Part shown: positions 23,028 through 37,504 of the stretch, in pieces
Position numbering within the stretch: position 1 is the stretch's first letter
Layout of the letters: each line of letters opens with the position of its first letter
From: Octopus sinensis
Lineage: Eukaryota
NCBI RefSeq assembly: GCF_006345805.1
Contig: NC_043016.1
Span: forward strand, 25,978,001-26,042,000
Direction: 5' to 3'
Length of the DNA: 64,000 nucleotides
The notes under the pieces: model-generated
What the model saw: the letters and a program-made list of their open reading frames with translations, nothing else
The model's database searches: none
What the model was told of the DNA's origin: nothing
Position numbers and translations under genes: made by a program

Positions 23028-24229
23028 TAATTGAGATGTTATATATATATAACATTCTCAATTAATATGCACTTTGAAAAAATCTTCATCTAACCAATAT
23101 ATATATATGTAAGCAATATACCATTCTTGACTATTATTTTTGTGTAAAATAATTGACTTTTTATTCTGAAAGTAATAAATTTATTGGTGATAATGTTAAT
23201 ATTCACATAAAATACTAATTTTCAACTTATTAAACCGTGAGAATTAACAACTTAATGGTATCTGTTTGATGCCGGGACTGAAGACTTGTTGCCCGAGGAA
23301 GAATATTTTTGACAACTTCCAAAATGGAGAAAATGTCCTGTTATAGTTAATCGGACAGTTTCTCATCTTCTAAACTTTTTTTCTGTATGTAATTACTAGT
23401 AATTACAGCACAGTTCTCTTTATCAGTTTTATTTGCTCCCCATAATTGTTTCTCTACAAATTACAGCTTAATTGATATTCAGGAAGTTATCTTTATTAAA
23501 GCGTACCTATCCCTAAACTTGGTGGAAGTGCCTTGCGTGAATATGTGTGTGTTTGAATTGTAAGCAATTTGTGTGTGTGTGTGTGTGTATCTGACTTGTG
23601 ATGTGTGCAGTCTGTTAGTTTGTGTTTAGTCTGTGATTATGTGTGTGTGTGTGTCTATTTGTGTGTTTGTTGCGTAGTCTGATTGTGTGTGTAGTCTATG
23701 AGTTAGTGTGCGTGTTTGTCTCTGTGTTCTTTTAATGTAACAAGTATGTGTTTGAAGATTAGAATGTGTAGGCGTGCGTTCTGATCCACATATTTTTTAT
23801 TACTGTATCAACAGATTCTCTCTTGCTGTCTCATCCTCTCTTATTCACCTTTTCTGTCTCTCCTCAATTCTTCACTTCATCTGTCAGCTTTTCCTGTCTT
23901 TGCACCAGTTCTTGAACAGTTTCCGCTCCTTTACATATTTTTAAAAATTCCGCTCTCCTTCAACATCTTATATCTAATAGAGTATATGAAGTATATGAGT
24001 ATATTCAGTCTGAAAAAAAAAATCTTTTTACTTTATTTTTGTAAGTTTTGAATCCTGTTTGCAATTCACATTCTTGGTTGGAAATTGGCAAATCAGGAAC
24101 ATAAAAGTTCTTGATGTGGTCTCAGATGATTTTATCATGACATGTTAGTATTCCTTACTTGAAATATTGAAATCATTACTCACGTTAATATCAGTTTCAA
24201 ATTTTGGTCCAATGCCAGCAATTTTAAAA

Positions 24230-24410
24230 GATGGGACTGGTCAATTACATTGATTCTGTGTTCAACCATTACTTATTTTATCGACCTCGATTTATGGAAG
24301 GCAAAGTCGACGTCGGTGAAATTTGAAACCAGAACATAAAGAGCCGGAAGAAATACTGCCAAGCATTTTGTCCGACGTGCTTAACGATTCTACCAGTTCG
24401 CCAATCTTTA
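24230..24410 (-). mobile_element. Family-B SINE
   Basis: gaaggcaaagtcgacgtcggtgaaatttgaaaccagaac is the reverse complement of the family-B body. Confidence 0.75.
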
Positions 24411-24959
24411 TTCCGACTAATATTGAATGTAAATCTGTGTAGCAAAACGATCGTTCGCATACGGGTGAATAGTTATGGCTGATTATTTAGACCCAGGTTA
24501 GTCTTAGTCCAGCAGACAAAGATATAGCCAGCCACGACCCTGCCCCTTTTTTGCTTTTCTTAGGAGTAATATATCTAAGAGTGCACCATTCATTGCTTCC
24601 TTCCTTCCGGCATGATTAGAGGGAGATTTGGTTGCTATTTTTAGCAGGACGAGTGGCCTCTGTATTTATTGCTTGCATCTGTATTAAAAGAATAAAATAA
24701 AATAAAAATAAAAATCTGTCTGTGAGACATCTTTATGCTATGTGATTTATTTCAGAAATGGATAGATAAAACTGACACATGAAATTATGCAGTTTGAAAG
24801 AGTTCTGGTAACAGAATTAATAAAATAACAAAATCCTCTCTCTTGTCGAATCAATCTATAGGCTTTAGTCGAACAAATCGCTACCTGTACTTGATTTTTT
24901 TAAGTTTGGCATTTATTCTATTGATCTCTATTGCCAAACTGTTAAGCTGCAAAGATGTA

Positions 24960-25355
24960 AATAAACCAACAGACGGGTGTCAAGTGGTGAGGAAGGGGAC
25001 ATCTTTGCTAGTTAGTTTCCATCTATCAAATCCATTCTGTGCCCAACAAAAGAAAGGCTTGGTTCTGTCACGAATTGTGCACACAAAAAGATCACTGAGA
25101 TTCACCTTCTCGATCGCAACATTCTTCTTTAAATCTCTTGAGTCTTGCATGTGTTATCCTGGCCTTTTCAAATGCTTTCACTCCACTCCACACTTTTGTT
25201 TACCATCCAGCTTGATCTGAAGCAAGGGTTTCTATGGCTTTTGGATCCATTCCAGGTGACTTCATGGTAGTTTTTATACTGTCCTTAAACCTCTTTTTAG
25301 GTTTACACCGATTACGTCTCCCCTCTGCAAGCTCGCCATAAAACAACTGTTTAGG
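24960..25355 (-). mobile_element. RTE-BovB-like LINE 3' end
   Basis: KQLFYGELAEG..PKKRFKDSIKTTMK...GVKAFEKARITHARLKR followed by a decayed C2H2-like motif. Confidence 0.7.
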
Positions 25356-25450
25356 TGTGCATTCATCCCCCATTCGAACGATATGGCCAGATCGTGTGTG
25401 TGTGTGTGTGTGTGTATGAATTTATATATTTGTGCATGTGTATCTCTATG

Positions 25451-26700
25451 TCATCATTGTTTAACGTCCGTTTTCCATGCTGGCATGGGTTGAACGGTTT
25501 GGCTTTGGGACTGGCAGGCCAGGAAGCTGCACCAGGCTCCAATCTGATCTGGCAATGTTTCTACAGCTGGATACCCTTCCTAACGCCAACCATTCTGAGA
25601 GTGTAGTGGGTGCTTTTTATGTGGCACCAGCATGGGAGCCAATCAGGTGGCACTGGCATCAGCCTTGTTTGGATGGTGCTTTTTATGTGCTGCCGGCACA
25701 GGAGCCAGTCGGGGCAAGGGGGAGGTGGGGACTGACATTGATCACATTGGGATGGTGCTTTTTCTGTGGCACTGGCAACGACCCACGCTTGCATGTTACT
25801 AGCACGGGAGCCTGTCAGGTGGCACTGGTATTGGCCACAAATACAATTTCCATTTTTGATTTTGATTTGATTGAGATTTTGATTTTACTTGACTCAATAG
25901 ATCTCAAGCACAGCATGTAGCCTGATGATTCAAAGGTACTTTTTAAATGGGTTGGTTATGCAACACTAGTATAGGCTATGGCTGTGATCTCACTTTACTT
26001 GCCAGGTCTTCTCAATCATAGCATATCTCCATCTCCTCTGTGAGGCCCAACGTTTGAAGGTCATGCTTCACCACCTCATTTCATGTCGTCCTGGGTCTCC
26101 CACTTCCAAAGGTTCCTTCTACTGTTAGGGAATGACACTTCTTCACACAGCTCTTCTCATCCATACACAGCACATGACCATACCAGTGCAGTTGTCTCTC
26201 TTGCACACCACATCTGATGCTTCTTATGTCCAACATTTTTCTCAGGGCGCTTACTCTTTGTTGTGTGTGCATACTGACATTACACATCCAGCGGATCATA
26301 TTAGCTTCATTTCTTTCAAGCCTATCTATGTCCACACCTGAAATTTCTTCTCTAGTTCTGGTAGTGATTCAGCTATGAGAGCAAGGTTATCAGCATAGAG
26401 GAGCTCCCAGGGGCAGCCTGTCTTGAATTCCTCTATTATTACCTGGATGACTATGACGAATAAGAGGGGGCTGAGGGTTGATCCTTGGTGAACCCCTACT
26501 TCTACCTGGAATTCTTCATTATATTCATTGCCAACCCATACCATACTGACAGCATCTCAGTACAGCTCTTATTAACCACTCGTCTATCCCTAGTTTCCAT
26601 GTTACCCACCAGATAAGGGATTTGGGGGACCCTGTTAAAGGCTTTCTCCAAATCAACAAAAGCCAAGTATAGGAGTTTATATTTGGCTAGGTATTTCTCC
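25451..26700 (-). mobile_element. RTE LINE copy with internal deletion, antisense in ILK intron 1
   Basis: GVHQGSTLSPLLFVIV, ELLYADNLAL, WYGHV motifs; same 3' UTR family as the 10.5-kb copy. Confidence 0.9.
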
Positions 26701-29630
26701 TACAGTTGCCTTGTCGGGAATATAGCATCAATGGTGTATATGTCTGTTTGTCCCCCCACCATCGCTTGACAACCGATGCAGGTGTGTTTATGTCCCCAAA
26801 ACCTAGTGGTTTGGCAATAAGAGACTGATAGGTATAAGTCCTGGGGTTGATTTGTTTGACTAAAAGGCAGTGCTCCAGCATGACTGCATTCAAATGACTG
26901 AAACAAGTAAAAGATCATATATATATATATGTGTGTGTCCGTATATATATATATATATATATATGTATATACATATGCACACGTACATATATATCAGTTT
27001 GATAAGTGTAATGCATGAAATTCTCAGCCCTTCAGTTAATATATAATTTTACAGCCAAATAATATATACACATGCCTGCATGTGGGTGGGTGTCATTGAA
27101 TTGGCTTATGTGCAGTTTCTTTTCCCTTTTTAGCATTAACATTCATGTCATATATACAAATCTGACTCCCATTGTGAAATGATATGAAATGTTAGCATAA
27201 ATAAACTATGTAGAAAAGAGACAAAGAAAATGGTATTCAAACTTGCTCTGCTCTGGAGTTCTCAAAAACTCTTCTTCCACATTTGATTCAATATTGTAAT
27301 GTGCTTATACGAAGCTGAAGTGATAACATGTTACTTAAACAGATGGGCTTGTTTAAACACAAAGATATTGTACATGATCTTGCACTTAAGAAAAGATTAC
27401 TTACAGATATTCTGTTGGCATTTTTCAGCCAACTTTCACTTGTTTTTGTAAATAGATGAATACAAATAAACAAGAGTATGGGATAGTTTCTACATAGATC
27501 ATCTTCAGATCCACACCTTACTATCTTAACAGTGGGTAAAACTTTGGTTGATAAATATATATATATATATATATATTTATATGTATATATAGATATATAT
27601 TATATATAATATATAACACACACAATATTTGGGGGGGGGGTCACAGCTGAATCATCATAGTCTGCTGGATTAGGAGTGATGAGAGGTGGGTGATTACGAT
27701 TACTTTATATAAGTAATAATGACATGACACCTATCGTCTCATGCAAGTTGGCTGAGCTTTTTGTAATGCAAGGTATCAGTCAGTAATTGATTCGTCTCTA
27801 AGGAACTTGTGATGTTCATGCTTTGCCAACTTAGTAACAATATTAAACTAATAACAAGTCTTCACTGCCTATTTCAAGTGATACAATAATTTTTTTTTTT
27901 TTAAATATAAAAGGTGAAAGTAAGAAATAATAAAACCTTGATCATCATCACCTTAGTGACTGCTTTCCATGTAATCAGTTTACTTTTTGTGAAGGAGCAT
28001 GGCCTGTTGCACTCACAATTGTCAGATTAATTCCCAGACTGGGCAGCACATGTTCTTGAGAAAAAAATACTTCTTTTCTCATCGTTCCAGTCTTCCTTTT
28101 GATCTGGGTAAAATGTTGGCCTGCTCGCGTAGCCAGCATTGTGTGGTGTCTTTTGAAGACTAAAATTATGCAAACCACATTGCAAGCAGTGATGTGTAAC
28201 ATATGTATGTGTGTCATTATTCAGTTTATTTCAAGATTTCTTGCCAATAGAGAAAGAACCAGTTTCTTACCTAGATCCAAGGTTCCTTCATTGGAATTTC
28301 AACATCAACAACTGGGTATTTTTGTTTGTTTGTTTGTATGTATGTATGTTTTATGTATGTATTCTCATGCATATAGTTGCATATCTAGACATGCTTATAT
28401 ATATTTAAATGATAAATTTCTGGATAGTTTTACAGATTTTTACAGTTTCAGTGATGGATTGGATCTGTAGTCTTCAAATTAGCTTTCTCCTCTCTGGTTT
28501 TGAGAATCCTAATTTCTCAAGATCGGTATTTAGGCAGTGTGTTACATATCCCAGGGCCCCAATAATTACAGGTATAAACCTAAACTTGTAATCTGGATAG
28601 AGTAACTGAAAATTTCTCAATAGTTCAGCATAGGTGTTCTATTTTTCACTGATCTTCAGCTTTATGTTAACACCTGCTGGGCAGCTAATTTCCACAACTG
28701 TGTATATTTTCTCTTCTCTTATGTATGTATATATGGTTGGATGGATGGATCAGGGACATGCTACCTAGGTAGGCAAAGTAGGCAGTGTCTACCTTGAATA
28801 AAATAGATCAATAGCAACATTTCCCTTTTATGGCAAAATATGCACCTAATTCAATTTGAAGGTTACTCTGATTACTATGCATAAAATACAAAATATTTTA
28901 TTTTTTTGTACATCAGGTAGACATAATTCGCCCCTGCTTTTCAATCTCAGTATCTAAGCAATGCATAGTAATGATGTGGTACACATGCTGCATGCACTCC
29001 TACAATACTGTTTTCTTTATGGGCTATAAAGGCAGAAGTAAATCTGCCTTCAACTCAGTCACGTGCCTGTGTTTCACTTATTTTTTTGTGTGTTTTACTA
29101 CATGAAGGTTACCAACTGCTTACACTGAGTAATTAGTGCCGGCACATGCCTGATATGTATGTATGTGTGTATGTATGTATGTATGTACATACGTACGTAT
29201 GAAAAAACAAAAGACGAAGACGGGTGTATAAATGTAGTATGATGTATCTATTCCAGGCAGTGACCTGAATACTATAATAATAATAACAACAACAACAATA
29301 AAATCAAATGTTAAAGACTTTTTTTACTTCTTGAGCGGTAAACTAATATATGTTTGTTATCTACGCCACCTGTCTTCGTCTTGTTTTTTTGTGAATTCTC
29401 CACCTATTATGTGTGTGTGTGTATTATATATGTATATGTAATATATATATGTATATATGTATACATCTGTATGTATATGTATAATAATAATATATGTATA
29501 TATGTATGTACACATCTGTATGTATATGTATGTGTATATGTATGTATAGTATGTATATGTATGTGTATATGTATATATGTATAATATGTATATATATGTA
29601 CATATGTGTATATATATGTCTATATTTGTA

Positions 29631-29730
29631 NNNNNNNNNNNNNNNNNNNNNNNNNNNNNNNNNNNNNNNNNNNNNNNNNNNNNNNNNNNNNNNNNNNNNN
29701 NNNNNNNNNNNNNNNNNNNNNNNNNNNNNN
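29631..29730. other. Assembly gap (100 N)
   Basis: Run of N next to a TA/TG microsatellite. Confidence 1.
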
Positions 29731-30344
29731 GTCCTTTGCGAAACTGGTAAGTTCTGGGGGTGATGTAAGCAAACCAACAGTAGTTGTGAAATAGCGAGGA
29801 GACTAACTCAGACACAAACACACACACATGTTTGGTCATTTGGAATTGTTACCTTGCTTGAAAGCAGGTGAGGGTTGGCAACAAGGAGGACATCTGGCAG
29901 TAGAAAACCTGCCTCAATAAACTCTGTCTGATCCATGAAGTCATGGATTGGATTTATTATCAAAGGCATTCCAGCTGTGACCATTCCATTTTTTTATTAC
30001 ATTGAGAACCAAATTATTTTATGTGTCCTCTGAGAGAAATTTATTTGCTACTTCTAGCACACCTAATGACTACATACGAACCCTCCCATTGGATTATATA
30101 ATGTTTGGTCAATTAAGGAAGGAACTCTTGTGTTCTTTAACATCTCACAATTATTTGTTACTAACTAATATTCCTACTTCAAATCTTCAGTCTCTTGTTC
30201 TGTTCTTTACCTGGTGTAAAAATTTGTCTTTGGTAGGACTGGAAACCTCTTCTTTTCATAACCTCACTTGTGCTCTCTGCAACTGACTAAAACCATAGTT
30301 AAAGTAGATTCTACAATGAAAATCAGGTCACATGGAAAATGTGA

Positions 30345-30678
30345 ACATAACTGGCTTCCGTGTCGGTGGCACGTAAAAAGCACCATCCGAATTGTGGCCG
30401 GAAGCAGTGCCGCCTCGACTGGCTTCCGTGCAGGTGGCACGTCAATGCACCAATCCGACGGTTGCCGATTACAGCCTCGCCTGGCTCCAGTGCAGGTGGC
30501 ACTTAAAAGCACCCACTACACTCACGGAGTGGTTGGCGTTAGGAAGGGCATCAGCTGTAGAAATTGCCAGATAAGATCGGAGCCTGGTGCAGCCTTCTGG
30601 CTTCCCAGATCCCCATCGAACCGTCCAACCCATGCTAGCATGGAGAACGGACGTTAAACGATGATGATGATGATGATG
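30345..30678 (+). mobile_element. RTE LINE 3' fragment
   Basis: Repeat subunits, conserved 3' end and (GAT)n tail. Confidence 0.9.
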
Positions 30679-30725
30679 AACTGGTGTTGGTTTGTTTAAG
30701 TACTGCAGTCAATTCATTTGATTAA

Positions 30726-31993
30726 CCCTTTAGCATTCAGATTACTTTATGAAATGTAATCCTTATTTATTCACATTATTTTGAATTACTCAGGCATTGT
30801 TTTATACCTTTAAGATTTCAATGATGTGGTTGTTTATTTTTAGAATGACATTGTAGGATAGGTGTAAGAGGCCAGATCTGGCTAGTTTTACCCTAAAACA
30901 GGTAGAATATTTGGGCTGGATGTGGCTGGTTTAACCCTTTAGTAAATAAACTGGCCATACCCAGCCAAAGCGCATAGCTCGGTGGTTAGAGCGTCGATTT
31001 TATGATCATGAGGTTGAGGGTTCGAATCCTGGACCTGACTGCGTGTTGTGTTCTTGAGCAAACACTTATTTCACATTGCTCCAGTTCACTCAGCTGTAGA
31101 AATGGGTTGCGACGTCACAGGTGCCAAGCTGTATCAGCCGTTGCCTTCCCCTTGAATAACACAGGTGGCGTGGAGAGGGGAGGCCGGAATGCATGGGCCA
31201 CTGCTGGTCTTCCATAAACAACGATGCCTGGACTTGTGCCTGGGAGGGTAACTTTCTAGGTGCAATCCCACGGTCAGTCATGACCGAAGTGGGTCTCAAC
31301 AACCCAGCCAAAATAGTCTACCTAATGTTGAGCCAGCCAGATTAGGCCACTTTTACCCCCTACCCTACAATGTCAATCTAAAAATAAACATCACATTATA
31401 TCAATCTTGAGGCTACAAGATAATGCATAATTAATTGAAAACAATGGGAATAAATAAGCATTATATTTAGCAGAATAAACTGAATGCTAAAGGGTTTAAA
31501 ACCCATCAAAGGGGTACTTCAGGATAGTTGCAGTCTGATGACTGAAACAAAAGATTACTTGTTTTATTTATTTCTCTCAGTAATCTTTGATTGATTTTGT
31601 TGACTCCTTAACAAACTCTGTCAAATATAATGCTTATTCACTAACTTTGTTTTTGAATAAATTGTGGGTTATCTTGCAACTTCAAGATTTTGATGATGTG
31701 ATTGTTTATTTTTGAGAATGACATTGTAGGGTTTGTGTGAGAGTTAGTAGGATATAACCAGTTTCACCTTTTTGAGCATTCAATCTGGCCATATCCAGCC
31801 CAAATATTCAACCTGTTTTTTATGTTAAAACTGACCAAACCCAGTCTCTCACACTTAACCCTACAATGTCATTTAAAAAATATATTCCAACACACCATTG
31901 AAATCTTAAAGCTACAAAATAATACAAGATTAATTCAAAATAATGTGATTAGATTAGCAATACATTTGACAAAGAAATCTGAATGCTAAAGGG
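30726..31993. mobile_element. Cluster of four piggyBac-type family-1 MITEs in alternating orientation
   Basis: Copies at ~30726-30930, 30934-31495 (split by a SINE), ~31611-31760 and ~31775-31993. Confidence 0.75.
30970..31301 (+). mobile_element. tRNA-derived CORE-like SINE (family D here)
   Basis: A/B boxes; cttgagcaaacacttatttcacattgctccagttcactcagctgtagaaatggg resembles the CORE domain; 11-bp TSD acccagccaaa. Confidence 0.85.
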
Positions 31994-34374
31994 TTAATAT
32001 AAGAGGATGCTCAAAATTTAACTATTGGTTACTCAGCCAGTATTGTATTCATATTCTTGTTAGCCTCTCCCTTTTCCTATCAAATGGTGTTATAGCATGG
32101 ACCTTCAGTAAATATTGTAATGTTGAAGGCAGTATAATAGTAGTCTTTATTCTATTCTACATTGTACATTGAAAGCATGAACTTCTATGATCTGTATGAA
32201 CTGCATTGTTCAGAAATCATTCTGCAATATTGGAACCTTTTTTTCCTTAGAATTGAACTCACATCTGTTGCATGTGAGAACTATTTGGTCTTTCCAAAAC
32301 TGTAAATGATGTTAAACTGTCATAATCATTATTGCAATATTAATTAGTTTTTAGTTTGCTGCTGCAGTTGCTGTTTGTTGTTGCTGCTGTTGCTGTTCTG
32401 ATAACCAACAATGTTAATATGGCATTTAACCAAATGCATAGTTATTTTTATTATGGTATATTTTTTTTTATTATTTGATTTGAGATTATTACCAGACTAT
32501 ATGGTAAAAGTATTTCTTACCCAAATGGCAACAGCACATAATGAAGCTAAATTAAAGTTGTTTATTTAGTTTCTGCAAGCTGAAACCTAAAATAGTGTTT
32601 GTATGTATGCGTGTGTGTATCAGTGAAAACTTGAACATCTCATTTTAATCTGGTTTAAACAGATCAAATAAGGTAGAAATCATCATCATCATCATCATCA
32701 GCTGCTTTTTTTAAACCCTGCCCCTTTCCATTCTAGCATGAGTTGCAGCTCTTCCAGATGGGCTAGTAGACCATATTTTGCTCATAAGTTGCATTTTTGG
32801 CTTGGTTTTTGTAGCTGGACACTGTTCATAATATCAACAACTTTACAGATTGTACTGAGTACATTTAATTTATTCATGACATAAGCAGTAAAGAGATCGT
32901 CATGTATTTGACAAAAGCTAAGTGGTTCACCTGATCTCACACATAACAAAGTGTAGGATAAAACCTTTAAAAATTGGTTTTGTTCATATATTGATTTCAC
33001 CACCTTTACTTGTTTTGTCAACTCTGAAGAGATAAAAGACCAAATTTCAATTCAGTGGAATTTAAAATCAGAACATAACAAGACAAAATACAGCACTACA
33101 AGACCTTTAATTTGGTGGCTGCTTAGTTTGTCTTGGTTCTATAAAGCTAAGCGAAAGACAGCTTGCTGGATCCATAGCTAACACTCTGATATGATTATCA
33201 AATATGTCCTTGTCCTGGCTCTTTTATCTGGTGCCTTGCCTTGCCCAAGAAGACATGTTCTCCACAGCAGAAGTGTTAATGACAAACCCCCTATTGAATA
33301 AGATTGGCCTGCAAGAGCCCTGTGCTGATGCGACATAATAGCACCTGTGCCAGTGCCACTTAAAAAAGCATCTAGCACAAACTGTAAAGTGGTTGGTGTT
33401 AGAAAGGGTATCTAGCCATGGAAACCAAGACAATCAGTTTGGAACCTAGTACAGCTCTCCTGCTTGCTAGCTCTAATCAAACCATCCAACCCATGCCAGC
33501 ATGGAAAACAGCTTACTCATAAAGACTTGTATTTTTCACATTTAATTCCTTAGTAGCAGGTTTTAACAACAATTTCGGTTGTTCTATGTGAGTTTCGTGG
33601 CTTTCCTAAAGGGAGTAGTAGTCATTGTATAGACATTTGATAGCGTAAAGCAGTATTTGTATTAAGGTTTGAACCAAAGACCCTCTGGATTACTTGTGTT
33701 TACTCTTCCCAGGTATGTAAAAATAAAAGCTATTATTACATTCCACGTTACCTGCTAATTTAAATGGCATTAGGCCAATAATATTCTGATTCTGATTCAT
33801 AGTTTGTCAGTTTTCAAATCAGTTATTCCAATTCTGTGTAAATGACGGCAGTGTAAGGAGACAGTGCAAAGGGGGAAAAAGTAATTAACAGTATACATTG
33901 ACATAATTAAAACATGCCAAAACATCTCTGACCCAATCAATTTAACAGTTACTTCTATAGCTTCCAGAATCTCATTTATCAGTGAGAGAAGAAAACAAAA
34001 ATGATGGGGGAGAGACCCCAAAAATTATCATGGTTACATTCAGCCTGAAGGCTTGCCAGTCTCATCTACAAGTAGTGGTTAGCACCATGGTGTCACTCAT
34101 ATTCCCAGATTTTACTATCTGGTATTTTGCTATTAGGACCAATGGAAAGAAGTAACTAGCTGATGAAATACCATAAGGAACATCAGACAAAATTTCTAAA
34201 ATTAATTACATGTCTCTATGTTCTGATTTTTAAAATCTTTTGGTGGGTGATTAAAAATGATAAAAAAGGACTTGTTTAACATTCCTGACAATAACACCTG
34301 TAAATTCCCCTCCAGGGTCTTCATTTAACTATAGGTATGTCTCACATGAGTATTATTGTTTTGTTACCATTATT

Positions 34375-35030
34375 AAGGTAGTGATCATTAGCATGTTGGG
34401 CAAAATGGTCAGAGGCATGTCATCCATCTTTACATTCTGAGTTTAAATTCTGCCAAGGTCGATTTTGCCTTTTATCCTTTCAGGGTTCATAAAATGAGTA
34501 CCAGTCAAACACTGGGGTTGATGTAATTGACTAACCCCCCCTCCCCCAAAATTTCAGTCCTGATGCCTATAATAGAAAAGATTATTAAGGTAGTGAGTAG
34601 GGTGGTATGGTGACAGAATTGTTAGCATGCCTGGCAAAGTGCTTTGTGGAATTTTGTCCATCTTCACATTCAGAGTTCAAATTCCACTGAGGTTTACTTT
34701 ACCTTTCATCCTTTCATGGTTGATAAAGTAAGTACCAGTTGAGCATTAGGGTCAATGTAATGGACTTATCCCCTCTCCCCTAATTACTGGCCTTGTGCCA
34801 AAATTTGAAAACATTATTAAGGTAGTGAGTTGACAGAATCTTTAATATGCTGAACAAAATGCTTAGCGATATTTTGTCCATTTTTATGCTCTGAGTTCAA
34901 ATTCCACTAGGGTGGAATTTGGCCTTTCACCTTTTCAGGGTCAATAAAATAGATACCAGTCAAGCACTGGGGTTAATGCAATCAACCAATTCCTCCCCAC
35001 AAAATTTCAAGCCTTGTGCCTTTTGTAGAA
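34375..35030 (+). mobile_element. Three head-to-tail family-B SINEs
   Basis: Each starts after attattaaggtagtga and ends ...ccttgtgcc. Confidence 0.8.
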
Positions 35031-35137
35031 TGCATTATTATTATTAGTATTATTGTCACATTGCTGAAAACTCTATCTTTGGATTCATTTGTTTCACATT
35101 CCTAGAAGCAACATCTGTTCTCAAAGGCATTCATTTA

Positions 35138-35339
35138 TGAGGAGATACTGAAAAGTTTCTGGCTTTAAGGATATCGTGAAAGGCCTGGCTGGAGGCCCAA
35201 CTTTCCAAGTTCTTTTAGAGGGCTTAAAAAAACTGAAGGACTGCTGCAATGGGTGTGTGAATCTGAGAGGGATATAGGTTGAGTAAAATCATAATTGATC
35301 CTCCTGTATTTTCTTTTACCCAAATCCAGCATCCCCTTG
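35138..35339. mobile_element. Mariner-type MITE
   Basis: TA|TGAGGAGATACTGAAAAGTT start; body matches the copies at 40072-40247 and 63115-63330. Confidence 0.75.
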
Positions 35340-37504
35340 TAATGATAGTTATTGTCTAACATTAACCTTATTATTGCTTCTCTCACATCATTGAAGACTG
35401 TGTTTTTGGATTCACTTGCTTTATATCCCTAAAATTAACATTTAGTAATTCCCTTCAAGAGTCTTCATTTAACTGTAGATATGATTTTTTATTATTATAA
35501 TTATCTTTCAATCTAAGACAGCAAGCTGGCAGAATCCTTAGTGGCATTTCGTCCGTCCTTATTTTCTGAGTTCAAATTCCACCAAGGTCGACTTTTCCTG
35601 TCATCCTTTTGGGGTTGATGAAATAAGTACCAGTGGAGTACTGGGGTTGATATGATCAACTAGCTCTCTCTCCCAGATTTCAGGCCTTGTGCCTATGGTA
35701 GAAAGGATTATTATCTTTTAATCTACTTGTAGAGTAAAAGCAGTTTGAAATTCTGTTTTTTGTAGGTTAGTAAAGTTTGGTCAAATATTCCATTTTATAT
35801 TTTTGAATCTCAAGGGATAAATAAAAACAAGATATTGTCTTTATTGGGCAATGTAGTCCTCACAGACTAGGTGACAACATCAAGAGAAATGATGGCATAA
35901 TACCATCAAGCTGTCCAATCCATGATTGTTTGGAGTATCATTTACCTAAAAGAGGTTTGTCGTGGATGGAACTAGATATGATCATGAACCAACAAGGCAC
36001 GGCTACAGGACCACTTGACTCAATAGAAATAGATCCAAATCTCCCACCATCTTGAATAACAAAGTAACGTATTAACTGGTAGTTGTGGTAACCACTGCAT
36101 GAATACTTTTGAACATAGATCTGTTTAAATATAGTTGAGCTGGGTGTATTTAAAAAAAAAAATAGACAGTTTGGAGTCTGGATGGCTCTCCAGATGGCCA
36201 GCTCCTGTCAAATCATCCAGTCCATATCAACATGAAAACAGATGTTATGATGATGATGATGATGACATAATAGCAGCCTGTTGTTAATCCATGATAGTAT
36301 AAGATTTATGCAAAATATGTCAGAAGACAGCTTCTGCTGTTGTTGTATGTATACAATGAAGAAGTTGTTTTGGTCATTCAGCTGAAAAAGTTCTCTGGTT
36401 TCATCAACCGCCCATGCACATATCAGGTTGACTCTAGTGGCAGAGATATCCTGTCATAAAATGCTTTGTCATATAGCTTCAATAAAAAAAATGTACACTT
36501 AATTAATCTGTGTAAGTTTCTAGGTACATGGCGTAGTGGTTAAGATGTTAGGCTCATGATCATAATAGTGTGGGTTCAGTTCCTGTACTGGGTGGTGTAT
36601 TTATTGTATCCTTGAACAAGGCATTTCATGTTGTTCCAGTTCTTTCAGCTGAAAATGAGTATCAGGTGTATGCTAGTGCAGCTGTCCTTCTTCCTCTCCC
36701 CCTGCCTCCCCATCTCCCCTCTCCCCCAACCCCCTCTCTACTCAAGTGGTCTTTTTGATTTTTATGTATATAATCATTGAGATTGTGTACACTCCAGGCA
36801 ACTAGCAGACCACAATATGTAGTATACAAATTCAAATTTAACAGAATTACTCAGATTTCAGACTTTTATGTAAAATTTCAGAAATATATTAGACAAAATT
36901 TAAAAGAATGTTGTCTGCAAATTGGTGAAATTCTTAACTACATCTGTTATAGATGTCAAAATTTTATCAGTTTATATTGGTTATGTTGTGTGTATGTACT
37001 GTTTTAGTTAGTTACTAAACTTGGTGTTTGTTTTCTCATCATCCCTGCACTCCATTTTTTTAATCTTTTAATCAGGAAGGGAGCACAATGCCCCTGACAC
37101 AGGGCCTTCAAGACTGTTGGGTAGGAGAGAGGGAGGAAGGTATTCTCAAATTGGAGACATGGCTGAAATGTTTGCTACACAGTGGACTCCATTAAAGACG
37201 TGAGGTGTCAAATGGAGGCATTAAACTTGGTGGCAAATTAAGTCTACTACCCATATAGGCTACAGCAGAATTTAAACTCCAAACACATAAAGCTGTAAAA
37301 AAATTCTGCAAGCCATCTAGTCTGACATTCTTACTCTTCTACCAGTTTATCTGATCTATTGTCCCAGATTAGTACCAATATAATCAACCTCCGAAATAAT
37401 GAAAGGCAGAATTGTCCTCAATGGTATTTGAACTCGGAGTGTAGGGCAGGAGTTCTCCACCATTTTATGTCTATAGACTCCTTTGATTACTATTAAAATC
37501 CTAT

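Noticed and set aside
23270-23320. Hammerhead (CTGAAGA..GAAG)
   Set aside because: No A15.1-U16.1 pair and no stem I.
27676-27755. Intronic C/D-box snoRNA (GTGATGA...CTGA, 80 nt)
   Set aside because: No terminal stem and no recognisable rRNA-complementary guide.
29201-29390. 26-bp inverted repeat as a functional hairpin
   Set aside because: Short arms ~140 nt apart next to a microsatellite and a gap; probably a truncated repeat remnant with no intact ribozyme core.
29354-29839. Tyr/Ile/His/Cys-rich ORFs here and throughout the track
   Set aside because: Translations of (TA)n, (CA)n and (TG)n microsatellites, some spanning the N gap.
32350-32400. Poly-glutamine exon on the minus strand
   Set aside because: Short imperfect CAG/CAA run with no splice context or extended ORF.
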